Below, in pieces: positions 17,244 to 26,533 of a stretch of 64,000 nt of DNA. The position numbers and the translations under genes were made by a program. The number at the start of each line of letters is the position of its first letter. Positions within the stretch are counted from its first letter, which is position 1. The notes beneath the pieces were generated by a model. It had not been told where the DNA came from and did not search any database. It saw nothing but the letters and a program-made list of their open reading frames with translations. This DNA comes from Candidatus Alkanophaga liquidiphilum. Its GTDB lineage: Archaea; Halobacteriota; Syntropharchaeia; Alkanophagales; B39-G2. The stretch is from contig JAPHEF010000002.1 in NCBI GenBank assembly GCA_029259535.1, forward strand, positions 11,308 to 75,307. Direction: 5' to 3'.

Positions 17244-17998
17244 TGACGATGGGGATGGAGGGCTTTGACGAGGAAGAGCTTGAGGATGTGTATAAAAACA
17301 AGAAAGTGCTGTCCACCGGAAATTCGGAGATTGATAAGAAGATGGGTGGCGGCATCCCCGTAGGCTCGCTCACGCTCATAGAGGGTCCGAATGACAGTGG
17401 GAAGAGCGTGCTTTCACAGCAAATCATGTGGGGCGGACTCCAGCAGGGCTTCACTATGGCTTATTACACTACGGAAAACACGGTCAAGAGTTTGATAAAG
17501 CAAATGGAGAGCCTCTCCTTAGACATCTCCGACTACTTTATCCTTGGAAGAATCAAAATATTCCCGATTCACCTGAAGGGCATAGAACTGAGCTTTCCGC
17601 TCCTCGAATACTTGCTGAAAAGCATGAAGGTCTTGGAGGAGGAGGTCACGATAATAGACTCACTTACTGTGTTCTTAACGACTTTAGAGCACGCAGAGTC
17701 CTCAGAATCGGATATTATTAACTTCTTTGCAAGTTGCAAGAGTTTGTGCGACGAAGGCAAGACTATCTTAATAACGGCGCACGAATACGCGTTTTCAGAG
17801 GAGTTGCTCGTTAGGATACGCTCGATTTGCGACGGACACATCCGCCTTAGAATAGAGGAGGTCGGGACGCAGCTCATGAAGACGATGGAGGTTGCGAAGA
17901 TGCGTGGCGCTGACAGGACCACCGGCAACATTATCAGCTTTGACGTAGAGCCGGGCTTCGGCTTGCGTATCATCCCGATTTCGCGGGCGAAGGCTTGA
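17240..17998 (+). CDS. flaH: Archaellum ATP-binding protein FlaH (ArlH), single-domain KaiC/RecA-like
   Basis: 252 aa. Walker A GPNDSGKS and Walker B-like VTIIDSLT. 4-bp overlap with flaG. Confidence 0.8.
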   Translation: MMTMGMEGFDEEELEDVYKNKKVLSTGNSEIDKKMGGGIPVGSLTLIEGPNDSGKSVLSQQIMWGGLQQGFTMAYYTTENTVKSLIKQMESLSLDISDYFILGRIKIFPIHLKGIELSFPLLEYLLKSMKVLEEEVTIIDSLTVFLTTLEHAESSESDIINFFASCKSLCDEGKTILITAHEYAFSEELLVRIRSICDGHIRLRIEEVGTQLMKTMEVAKMRGADRTTGNIISFDVEPGFGLRIIPISRAKA

Positions 17999-18094
17999 TT
18001 CCCAGACAAGAAGCGTCGCCAGATTCGTGCGGGGGAGGGACGCAGACCGCTCGCCACGAGTCGGTATTAACTTAAAAACGGCGTTAGAAAGATT

Positions 18095-19471
18095 ATGGAG
18101 GTTTTTTTGAAACCGCGCTCTGTGGCGCTTGTAGGAGTGCCGAGAAAAGAACGCCCCGGCGCATACGTCACGCTCCTAAATCTGCTGGAGAGCTTTGACG
18201 GCGACGTTTACCCCGTAAACCCGCACGCTTCGGAGATTTTAGGCGTGAAAGCGTATCGAAGCATTAAGGACGTGCCTGCGGACGTGGACCTCACCGTCAT
18301 CTCCACAAAGAGGGAGCTCGTGCCGCAGATGGTCGAAGAGTGTGTGGAAAAGGGCGTGCATGGCGTGATAATCGTGACGCAGGGCTTTGCGGAGGCTGAT
18401 GCCGAGGGGCAGGCGTTGCAAGAGGAAATAGTCAGGACGGCGAAGGCGGGTGGTGTGCGTGTGCTCGGTCCAAACACTATGGGCGTGTTGAACGCCTTTA
18501 ACGGCTTCTCGACGACGTTCGGGTCGCTGCATGGCGTTCCGCTGCAGGAGCGGCGGATGCCCGTCGCGATAGTTTCGCAGACCGGCTTTTTTGTCTTGGG
18601 TGTTGGCGAGCTGTTTCCGGGAAAGTTCGTGGATTTGGGAAACATGTGCGACGTAGACTTCGTAGACGCCTTAGAATATTTCGAGAAGGATGAAGAGACG
18701 GAGCTGATAATCCTGCATATGGAGGGACTGCATGGGAAAGATGGGCGGCGCTTCTTGGAGGCGGTAATGAGGGTGGCGAGGCGGAAGCCTATCCTTGTGC
18801 TGAAAACGGGACGTAGTGAGAAAGGTGCGGAGCTTGCGGCGTCGCACACCGGCGCAATGACGGGCAACTATCGTGTTTACACGGCGGCATTGCGGCAGGC
18901 AGGCGCTTTCGTCGTCAGCGACATTGACGAGCTTCAGGACTTCACAAAAGCGTTCCTGCGGCTGCCACCGCTGCGAGGCGCCGGGGTCGCAGTGATAACG
19001 TATGCAGGTGCTGCTGGCGTTATGGTTGCAGACGTCGTCGAGGAGTGCGGCTTGCGGCTTTCTGAGCTTTCCACAGAGACGATCGCCAGAATACAGCGGT
19101 GGATGCCTGCATGGATGCAAGTGCGGAATCCTGTGGACATCTGGGTGGGAGCGATGGCGCACGGTCCCTCAAAAGTCTATGAGGACGTCATACGAGCAGT
19201 GCTTTGCGACGAAGACGTTGCGGCGCTCCTCTGCATATATTTTGCGCCGATGACGGAGGGACATGCGAAAATTGACGTTTCTGACGTGATAAAAGAGGTG
19301 GCGGCTGAGTTTGAGAAGCCTGTGGTCGTATGGCTCTACGGGTATCCCTCCGCCGAATACGTGCGGAAGTTGGAGAGAGGAAGAAACGTGGCAGTCTTCC
19401 CTACGATACGGCGGGCGGTGCAGGCTCTCGCTTTTCTAAATGCCGTCTCGAGTAGGCTCGGCAGCCATTAA
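18095..19471 (+). CDS. CoA-binding domain protein resembling acetyl-CoA synthetase (ADP-forming) alpha subunit / succinyl-CoA ligase alpha-like
   Basis: 458 aa. N-terminal CoA-binding Rossmann region (SVALVGVPRKERPGAYV...VDLTVISTKRELVPQMVEEC), a ligase-CoA domain, and a C-terminal flavodoxin-like region. Confidence 0.65.
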   Translation: MEVFLKPRSVALVGVPRKERPGAYVTLLNLLESFDGDVYPVNPHASEILGVKAYRSIKDVPADVDLTVISTKRELVPQMVEECVEKGVHGVIIVTQGFAEADAEGQALQEEIVRTAKAGGVRVLGPNTMGVLNAFNGFSTTFGSLHGVPLQERRMPVAIVSQTGFFVLGVGELFPGKFVDLGNMCDVDFVDALEYFEKDEETELIILHMEGLHGKDGRRFLEAVMRVARRKPILVLKTGRSEKGAELAASHTGAMTGNYRVYTAALRQAGAFVVSDIDELQDFTKAFLRLPPLRGAGVAVITYAGAAGVMVADVVEECGLRLSELSTETIARIQRWMPAWMQVRNPVDIWVGAMAHGPSKVYEDVIRAVLCDEDVAALLCIYFAPMTEGHAKIDVSDVIKEVAAEFEKPVVVWLYGYPSAEYVRKLERGRNVAVFPTIRRAVQALAFLNAVSSRLGSH

Positions 19472-19559
19472 CCCTCGTCAAAACGGCAGCCATTAACCCT
19501 CGTCAAAACGGCAGCCATTAACCCTCGTCAAAACGGCAGCCATTAACCTTCGTCAAAAC
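19460..19559. repeat. Perfect 4 x 25-bp tandem repeat (GGCAGCCATTAACCCTCGTCAAAAC) spanning the convergent 3' ends of two genes
   Basis: Units at 19460-19484, 19485-19509, 19510-19534 and 19535-19559. The last unit has one C>T change. The + gene's stop (TAA) lies in unit 1 and the minus-strand argD stop lies in unit 4. Confidence 0.9.
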
Positions 19560-20718
19560 CCTTCAAAATATCGGATAAAATCTTCACGACGCCGTCTATT
19601 TGTTTCTCGCTTATGACGAGGGGAGGGACGAGCCGAATGACCCGGTCGGCGGTGCAGTTCAATAAAACACCACGCTTCAACGCTTCATTCACGACATTCT
19701 CGCATTTCTCCTGCAGTTCCACGCCGAGCATGAGTCCTTTCCCCCGGATTTCTTTAACACTGTCGTAGTCACCGATTACCTCGGAAAGCCGTTGCATGAA
19801 GTAAGCTCCGAGCCTTTCCGAGCGTTCCACAAGCTGTTCCTCTTCGATGACGCCGAGCGTTGCGAGCGCCGCCGCACATGCCAGTGGATTTCCGCCGAAC
19901 GTCGAGGCGTGCTCGCCGCGCTCGAAGCTGAAGTTCGAGAGCGTAGCGCCGATTGGAAAGCCCCCGCCGAGCGCTTTTGCAACAGCCATTATGTCAGGCT
20001 GCACTTTGAAATGCTCCTTGCAGAACCAGCGACCGGTGCGTCCGAAGCCGGTTTGCACCTCGTCGAGAATAAAAAGGGCGTCGTGCTTTTCGCAAATCTC
20101 TTTGACCTCCCTCAAGTATTCGAGCGGTGGGATTATCACGCCGGCTTCGCCTTGTATCGGTTCAAGGATGACGGCTGCCGTGTCCTCATCAATAGCTTTT
20201 CTGACGGCGTCTGCGTCGCCGTAACGCACGAACTTCACATTGTGGAGCAGCGGCTCGAAAACGTCACGCTTGACGTGGTGCGTGACGCTGAGCGCCCCGA
20301 AAGTCCGCCCGTGAAAGCTGTTCTGCGCCGCAATAAAACCTTTTTTCCCAGTAACCTTGCGTGCGAGCTTTAGAGCGGCTTCGACGCTCTCTGCTCCGGA
20401 ATTACAGAAGAAAACCTTTTCGAATTTCGCGAGACGGCAGAGCTTTTCCGCAAGCTCGACCTGCGGCTCCGTGTAAAAGAGGTTAGAGAGGTGGATAAGG
20501 CGTTCCGCCTGCGCCTTTATTGCGGCGACGACCCTCGGGTGACAGTGCCCAACACTGTTCACCGCGATGCCGGCGACACAGTCCACGTATTCACGCCCGT
20601 CGGCGTCCTTGACAACGACGCCTCGCCCTTCGACGATGAGCACCGGCAGCCGTGAATATGTCTGCATGATGAACTGCCGCTCCTTCTCCATTACTTCTTG
20701 CCTCTGCAAGGCTTCCAC
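19543..20718 (-). CDS. argD: Acetylornithine aminotransferase / class-III PLP aminotransferase
   Basis: 391 aa with class-III aminotransferase signatures (VDCVAGIAVNSVGHCHP, LILDEVQTGFGRTG, GATLSNFSFERGEHASTFGGNPLACAA). Confidence 0.85.
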   Translation of the reverse strand: MEALQRQEVMEKERQFIMQTYSRLPVLIVEGRGVVVKDADGREYVDCVAGIAVNSVGHCHPRVVAAIKAQAERLIHLSNLFYTEPQVELAEKLCRLAKFEKVFFCNSGAESVEAALKLARKVTGKKGFIAAQNSFHGRTFGALSVTHHVKRDVFEPLLHNVKFVRYGDADAVRKAIDEDTAAVILEPIQGEAGVIIPPLEYLREVKEICEKHDALFILDEVQTGFGRTGRWFCKEHFKVQPDIMAVAKALGGGFPIGATLSNFSFERGEHASTFGGNPLACAAALATLGVIEEEQLVERSERLGAYFMQRLSEVIGDYDSVKEIRGKGLMLGVELQEKCENVVNEALKRGVLLNCTADRVIRLVPPLVISEKQIDGVVKILSDILKGFDEG

Positions 20719-20846
20719 CCAAGCATAAATGGGGCTGCTTGATTAAAGCACTGCCGTGTTTAGCGTAAAGCATGAGCAACTCACAACTTGTGCAGAAAAT
20801 CGCAACTAACGAAAATAGTAATGTTTAAAAAAGTAAGAGAGGAGGG

Positions 20847-22064
20847 TTATTCGTAGAACTTCTTCCCGGCTCCTGCCATTTCTACCAACAGCGGGTCAGG
20901 CTCATACCAGTTCTGCCCATACCTCTCCTTCGCATCCTTCAGCGTCTCCACGACCTTGCCCACGCCGATCTCGTCGGCGAACTGGAAAATGCCCTTCGGG
21001 TAGCCGAGTCCGAGCTTCATCATAGTGTCGATGTCGTCCCTCGTGGAAACCTCCATCCGCAGGAGATAGGCGGCGACGTTGACCAGCGTCGAGATGAAAC
21101 GAGTCGGGTCGTATTTCTCTTTAAGCTCCTCCGGAATCTCAACCCGCTTATACACGCCCGGGCCGGGGTATTCGTAGAAGCCCTTGCCGCTCTTCATGCC
21201 GTGCCAGCCCTTTTCGATGTATTCCTTAACTATCGGTGGGCCACGTACCACGGGACCCTCTACATATGCGGGGTGCGTCTTGCTCAGTTCCTCAACGATT
21301 TCGTCCATTTCCCTTCCTATGTCAATTCCCGTGAGGTCAGCGAGCTCGAAGGGTCCCATCGGGAAGCCCAGCTTGTAGCGGACGGCGGCGTCTATCTCCT
21401 TAGGCTCCGCCATGCCCCTTTGGAGGTCCCAGGCGCCCTCGTAGAGGAAACTAATTGCCATCCTGCTGGTGACGTAGCCCCAGACGTCCTTTTTGAGGAC
21501 GATAGGCACCTTGCCGAGCTTCTTTGAGAGTTCCACGGTGGTCTTTAGGGTCTCCTCGCTCGTCTTCTCGCCGGGCATGATTTCGATGAGCTTCATGAGC
21601 TGTGCCGGGTTGAACCAGTGCATATCTATGACCTTGTCCGGTCTGTTCGTTGCGTCTCCCAGTATCGTGGCAGGGATGGTGCTGGTGTTGGATGCGAGGA
21701 TTGTATGCTCTGGGGCGATTTCGTCCATTTCCTTGAAGACCTGCTTCTTAAGGTCTAAACTTTCGAAAACCGCCTCTATCACGTAGTCAGCGTCCTGAAC
21801 AGCTTCTTTCAAATCTAAAGTCGGTTTTATCTTCCCCAGAACGGCTTCCTTCTGCTCTTCGGTGAGCTTGTTCTTTTTGACAAGCTTGCTCAGGCTTACT
21901 GTTATCAATTTCATCGCTCTGTCAAGGGCGTCCTTGCTGATGTCCATCAGAGCGACGTCATAACCCGTCATCGCCGCCACTTGCGCAATCCCGTGTCCCA
22001 TCACGCCGGCGCCAATTTGGGCGATTTTTTTAATCTCTTCGACGCTCATGTTAAAACGTTGCAT
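20847..22064 (-). CDS. 3-hydroxyacyl-CoA dehydrogenase (3-hydroxybutyryl-CoA dehydrogenase-like) with C-terminal extension
   Basis: 405 aa. NAD-binding IGAGVMGHGIAQV motif, HFFNP active-site region (HWFNPAQLMKLIEI), and a duplicated C-terminal 3HCDH_C domain. Confidence 0.85.
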   Translation of the reverse strand: MQRFNMSVEEIKKIAQIGAGVMGHGIAQVAAMTGYDVALMDISKDALDRAMKLITVSLSKLVKKNKLTEEQKEAVLGKIKPTLDLKEAVQDADYVIEAVFESLDLKKQVFKEMDEIAPEHTILASNTSTIPATILGDATNRPDKVIDMHWFNPAQLMKLIEIMPGEKTSEETLKTTVELSKKLGKVPIVLKKDVWGYVTSRMAISFLYEGAWDLQRGMAEPKEIDAAVRYKLGFPMGPFELADLTGIDIGREMDEIVEELSKTHPAYVEGPVVRGPPIVKEYIEKGWHGMKSGKGFYEYPGPGVYKRVEIPEELKEKYDPTRFISTLVNVAAYLLRMEVSTRDDIDTMMKLGLGYPKGIFQFADEIGVGKVVETLKDAKERYGQNWYEPDPLLVEMAGAGKKFYE

Positions 22065-22540
22065 TCTAGCATATAAAACCTTCTTCGAAATGCAGCGGCC
22101 GGGGTCACGCCCACAGAGGTCGAGTGCGGAGATATATCAAGGGGCACGTTTCAAATCGGTAGGAGGTGAATAAAGGGTCCCTGCGGATGCCTAAGGATGT
22201 GCTGTAGAATTACCGAAGAACAGCCTTTTAACTTTTAAAGTTTTAAGCAAGGATTGTCAGCATGCTTTCGTAGGATGTCAGACACCACGCCCACGCCTTC
22301 GAGCTCAAATGTCAAGCTGCGGAACGGAGGAAGCCTTGGGGTATAGAGCGGGCGTGCTATTGAAGCTAAAAACATGCATCCGGCGAAATTCGAGGTCTTA
22401 CCGCGTATGATAAACCGTGCGAAATGGAACACTATGGAGCAACGTTTTTTGCGGGCCGTGAGCGATTAAGAAGCGGCATCAAAGCTCAAAACCATGAGGG
22501 GAGCGTGCCACCTTGCCCACCATAACATACCGAGCTTTTC

Positions 22541-23476
22541 TTGATGCCCCCGATAAAAATAGAAAATTTTATATCGGGCTGGAATCGTGGCACTTACAGG
22601 AATGGCAGAGAGATGTGTTTTCGTCAGGGAAGAGAAGATGAAAGATGCGTTAAGAGCACTTATGCAGAAATACGTTGTCGTGTGTCCGATAGGCGGCGCT
22701 TACGGGTGCTCACTGAGGATATGTTAGACGAAGTAGGCATAGAAAGGCGAGCGGGTCCGCCGCCGAAGTTCTTGTTTTTGCCACCTAGGGAAAAGATGTT
22801 TGAATATTTTTTGCGTGGTGACGTTGAAATAAAAGTGTCTCTCGAGGAGTTGGAGGGTGTTTTGCTTTTAGGGTTGCGGGCGTGCGACCTGAAAGCCTTG
22901 GAGATGTTGGACAAAGTTCTCTTAGAAGAGCCTGCCGATGCATACTACAAAGCCAAAAGGGAGAACGTCACGATAATTTCGTTAGACTGCGCAGAGCCTT
23001 CAGATTCCTGCTTCTGCGTAGCTCTCGGTCTGAAACCTTATGCCGAAGGTGGCTTCGACCTGAACATGAGCAGAGTGGATGGCGGGTATTTACTGGAGGC
23101 GGGAAGTGAGCGTGGTAGGGAGCTGCTGACGCTCCTCGAAGAATTTACGGAGGACGCCTCAAGCTCGCAACTCGAAGAGCGGCAGAAGAAAAGAGAGGAT
23201 GTGACCAAGAGGCTTGAGGAGAAATATGTAGTCAAGAGTGCGGCTAAGATAAAAGAGGACGTGAGTTTGCTGGAAGACGAGTATTTTGAGGGCTTAGCGG
23301 GGATGTGCGTGGAGTGTTTCGGCTGTATTTACTCATGCCCGACGTGCTATTGCTTCTACGTCTTCGAGGAGCCAGAAGATGAGACTTGGCGGAGAGTTCG
23401 CATTTGGGACCCCTGCCTCTCAGAAGCCTTCCAACGGGTGGCGGCGGGTGTGAATCCGAGGGCGGCGCTCGCCTAG
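22541..23476 (+). CDS. Sulfhydrogenase beta / anaerobic sulfite reductase A (HydB/AsrA)-family Fe-S subunit; apparently frameshifted at both ends
   Basis: Core ...PPPKFLFLPPREKMFEYF...GLRACDLKALEMLDKV...SDSCFCVALG... aligns to the HydB/AsrA family, and GMCVECFGCIYSCPTC is a ferredoxin motif. A more plausible N-terminus (MKDALRALMQKYVVVCPIGGAYG) lies in another frame at about 22632. The conserved C-terminal Fe-S motif (EKYNEAACVGCGRCVTPV) lies in a third frame at 23510-23610. Confidence 0.6.
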   Translation: MMPPIKIENFISGWNRGTYRNGREMCFRQGREDERCVKSTYAEIRCRVSDRRRLRVLTEDMLDEVGIERRAGPPPKFLFLPPREKMFEYFLRGDVEIKVSLEELEGVLLLGLRACDLKALEMLDKVLLEEPADAYYKAKRENVTIISLDCAEPSDSCFCVALGLKPYAEGGFDLNMSRVDGGYLLEAGSERGRELLTLLEEFTEDASSSQLEERQKKREDVTKRLEEKYVVKSAAKIKEDVSLLEDEYFEGLAGMCVECFGCIYSCPTCYCFYVFEEPEDETWRRVRIWDPCLSEAFQRVAAGVNPRAALA

Positions 23477-23616
23477 AGGCTTAAGCAAAGGTTTTTCCAT
23501 AAACTCGTGTATTTTGTGGAGAAATACAATGAGGCGGCGTGCGTGGGCTGCGGGCGTTGCGTAACGCCTGTTTGGCGAGGATTGACATTAGGGATGTTAT
23601 GGGCATAATGAAGTAG

Positions 23617-24456
23617 GTGGTAAGCGTGGCGGTAGCGGCTGTTGGAGGTGGGAACCCTTACATACCAAAGCTCGCTGAAATACTGAAGGTTAAGGAAGAA
23701 AGTCCCGACGTGAAGACGTTCACGTTCAAATTGAAGAACGGCGAGTTTAATTTCAAAGCAGGACAGTTCGTCGAGGTTTCTGTGTTCGGCATGGGCGAGG
23801 CGCCATTCACGCTCTCCTCGTCGCCCTTCGACACCGAAAAGTTCGAAGTTAGCATTATGCGTGTCGGCAGCGTCACCGCCGCCATTCACCAGAAAAAAGA
23901 GGGCGACATCGTCGGCATAAGAGGGCCCTACGGCACGCATTTCCCGCTTGAGAAATGTGAGGGCAAGAACATCACGATTGTCGGTGGCGGGATAGGTATT
24001 GCTCCGCTCCGCTCCCTCATTTATGCTTTAATCCACGAGCGTGAGAAATACAACAACATAAAGGTGCTGTATGGTGCGAGAGAGCCAAGACTCATAGTTT
24101 ACAAAGACCTGTGGGATGAGTTCAAGAAGCATGTGGAGGTATACCTAACAGTAGATTTCGCTGACGAAACTTGGAAGGGACATGTGGGTGTCGTGACTTC
24201 GCTTTTCGATGTCGTTAAGGTGGACCCAAAGGACAACATGGCGTTCGTCTGCGGTCCGCCGATAATGATAAAGTTCGTGACGCAGAAACTCCTCGAACTC
24301 GGTTTTGCGCCTGAAAATATCCACCTGTCGTTAGAAAGGATGATGAAATGCGGCATAGGCAAGTGCGGGCATTGTAACATCGGCAAGTATTATGTCTGTA
24401 GGGATGGCGCCGTCTTCACATACGACATGATAAAGGACATACCAAATCCGTTCTGA
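23617..24456 (+). CDS. FAD/NAD(P)-binding [2Fe-2S] oxidoreductase subunit (sulfhydrogenase gamma / AsrB / PyrK-like)
   Basis: 279 aa. Ferredoxin-reductase-type FAD and NAD folds (GQFVEVSV, ITIVGGGIGIAPL) and a C-terminal Cys cluster (CGIGKCGHCNIGKYYVC). Confidence 0.8.
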   Translation: MVSVAVAAVGGGNPYIPKLAEILKVKEESPDVKTFTFKLKNGEFNFKAGQFVEVSVFGMGEAPFTLSSSPFDTEKFEVSIMRVGSVTAAIHQKKEGDIVGIRGPYGTHFPLEKCEGKNITIVGGGIGIAPLRSLIYALIHEREKYNNIKVLYGAREPRLIVYKDLWDEFKKHVEVYLTVDFADETWKGHVGVVTSLFDVVKVDPKDNMAFVCGPPIMIKFVTQKLLELGFAPENIHLSLERMMKCGIGKCGHCNIGKYYVCRDGAVFTYDMIKDIPNPF

Positions 24457-24465
24457 GGTGGAAGC

Positions 24466-26199
24466 ATGCCCATCGAAAAGATAAAAACAGTATGTCCGAT
24501 GTGCGCGCTCGGCTGCGGGCTGCTCTTGGTCAAAGAGCGGGAAGTTGTGGGGTTGGATTATTGGAAAGAACATCCGTTTAATGAGGGCGCCCTTTGTCCG
24601 CAGGGCAATCTCGTCCACGAGATAATTCACCATGAGCGCAGGCTCACAACGCCCTTAGTGCGTGAGGGCGACTCCTACAAAAAAGCTTCTTGGGGTGAAG
24701 CCCTTGGGATTGTAGCCAGTAGGATAAAAACGGCGACGAAGGAATTTGGTGGCGATGCCGTCGTTTTCCTCTCCTCAGGATTCTGCACGAACGAGGAGAA
24801 TTATTTGATAATGAAGCTCGCCGCCGCCCTTCACGTCCGTGCAGCAACGCCGCCAAGTGCCGCCTCCGGGCTTAAAGATATATTTGGCTACGACGCTTCC
24901 ATCACCCCGCTTACAGAGGTGAAGGACGCAGATCACCTATTCATCGTCGGTGAACCAATTGAACAGAACCCATTAGCTGCGAGATACATGCTTAAGGCAA
25001 AGTTTGACAGCAGCGCTTGGGTAACCGCCGTGGGCACGCGCCCCGGTAAGACAGCATGGTTCTCAAACTTATTCCTACAATGTAAGCCAGGGGGCGTCGC
25101 GGCACTGCTCCTTGGTATCATAAAAAGCATCGTGGAAAGCGAAGCCTACGACAAGGAGTTCGTGGAAAAACAGACTAAGGGCTTCGACGAGCTTAAAAGT
25201 CTTCTGGACGAGAAAAGTCCCCAAGAGATTTCAGAAATGGCGGGCGTAAGCCCGACGCTCATAGCGCAAGCGGCAAGCACGCTTGCGAAAGCATCTAAGC
25301 CGTGCATCATTTACACCACTGCTATCTTTGAGGAGAACGCAAGGGAAATCGTAAAGGCGTTGGCGGACCTCGTGTTGCTGCTGAACGCTACAAAGGTGGG
25401 GTTGTGCGTCGTGGAGGGCGTTCCGAACATCCAAGGCGCTAAGGACGTTCTTGAGGAGGAGTTCAACGGCAATGCGAAGGTCGTAGTTGCGTTAGGAGGC
25501 ATGCCGCCGTATGTTAATTTGGACGGTGTGGAGTTCATAGCGACGACGCAGACGTTTTTGCGAAGCGATGAAAAAGCGGATGTCATACTGCCAGGAGCGT
25601 GCTTCGCCGAGAAGGAGGGGACGTTCACGAGCACTGATAGGTTCATTCAGAAGCTGCGGAAAGCTGTGGAGCCGCCGAGAGGCGCAAGAGCCGAGGCTGA
25701 AATTTTAGCAGAACTTGCAGCGAGGTTGGGTGTGGAGTTGGGGTTTGAGGGCTGGCCGGAAGTTGCGGCGGCAGTGAAAGCCTACGGAGGGATTGTTGAG
25801 GACGCACTTGAGGGCGGCGTTCGCTGGGGCGGCAAGCGCCTCTACGAAAGTGGTTTCGAGACCACCGACCGCTTTGCGAGGCTACTGCCGTTCGACGTGC
25901 GTTTCGAGCTACCGAGACCGGAGGGAAAGTTTTTGGTAATAACCGAGCGCCGAACGTTTAACCCTGAGTGGGCGCTCGTGGCGGAGCGTTTTTGGGAGGT
26001 AACAGGAAAACCGTGGCGTTGGATTGAAATAAATCCTGAAGATGCAGCTACGTTGGGGCTGAGTGATGGTGACGCCGCAAGACTCAAAACCGACGCTGAG
26101 GAGTTGGTGGCACCGGTGGTGGTCCGCCGAGAAATTCCGAAAAATATTTTATTCGCTTCAGATTACAAGACGTGCGTAGCCTCGTTGGAGAGGGTGTAA
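24466..26199 (+). CDS. Molybdopterin oxidoreductase catalytic subunit (formate dehydrogenase alpha-like)
   Basis: 577 aa. N-terminal 4Fe-4S motif CPMCALGCGL...C, molybdopterin oxidoreductase core, and a C-terminal MopB-barrel-like region. 9-bp gap to the preceding gene and 1-bp gap to the following ferredoxin. Confidence 0.75.
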   Translation: MPIEKIKTVCPMCALGCGLLLVKEREVVGLDYWKEHPFNEGALCPQGNLVHEIIHHERRLTTPLVREGDSYKKASWGEALGIVASRIKTATKEFGGDAVVFLSSGFCTNEENYLIMKLAAALHVRAATPPSAASGLKDIFGYDASITPLTEVKDADHLFIVGEPIEQNPLAARYMLKAKFDSSAWVTAVGTRPGKTAWFSNLFLQCKPGGVAALLLGIIKSIVESEAYDKEFVEKQTKGFDELKSLLDEKSPQEISEMAGVSPTLIAQAASTLAKASKPCIIYTTAIFEENAREIVKALADLVLLLNATKVGLCVVEGVPNIQGAKDVLEEEFNGNAKVVVALGGMPPYVNLDGVEFIATTQTFLRSDEKADVILPGACFAEKEGTFTSTDRFIQKLRKAVEPPRGARAEAEILAELAARLGVELGFEGWPEVAAAVKAYGGIVEDALEGGVRWGGKRLYESGFETTDRFARLLPFDVRFELPRPEGKFLVITERRTFNPEWALVAERFWEVTGKPWRWIEINPEDAATLGLSDGDAARLKTDAEELVAPVVVRREIPKNILFASDYKTCVASLERV

Positions 26200-26200
26200 C

Positions 26201-26485
26201 ATGCCGGAGCTTTATTTTGATTTGGACCTCTGCATAGAGTGTCGGAGCTGCGAGGTAGCATGTGCAAGGCAGAATAGGGAGAAAAGAGTAAAAATAGAGG
26301 TTTACGAGACGTTTCCGCTAAATCTGGAGTGCAAGCACTGCGAGAAGAGCCCATGTGTGGAAGTTTGTCCGACAAATGCCCTTGAGAGAAGGGGTTCTGT
26401 GGTTTACAGGAACGAAATGCTGCGCGTTGGTTGCAAGTCCTGCATGATTGCATGCCCATTCGGAAACATAGAATTCAAAGGATAA
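26201..26485 (+). CDS. 2x[4Fe-4S] ferredoxin subunit
   Basis: 94 aa with several Cys clusters (CIECRSCEVAC, CKHCEKSPCVEVCP, CKSCMIACP). Confidence 0.8.
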   Translation: MPELYFDLDLCIECRSCEVACARQNREKRVKIEVYETFPLNLECKHCEKSPCVEVCPTNALERRGSVVYRNEMLRVGCKSCMIACPFGNIEFKG

Positions 26486-26533
26486 AAACTAATGTAAAAA
26501 AACTGTTAGCAGTGTGGTAGGAGGTGGATCGTT

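Noticed and set aside
19460-19559. Possible CRISPR array
   Set aside because: The four 25-bp units are contiguous with no spacers, and no cas genes are nearby. It is a simple tandem repeat.
22080-22540. 460-bp intergenic region as a possible structured ncRNA (RNase P, SRP or C/D sRNA)
   Set aside because: I could find none of the conserved RNase P RNA, SRP RNA, or C/D-box motifs by eye, and it contains only short imperfect stems. This cannot be decided without a covariance-model scan.
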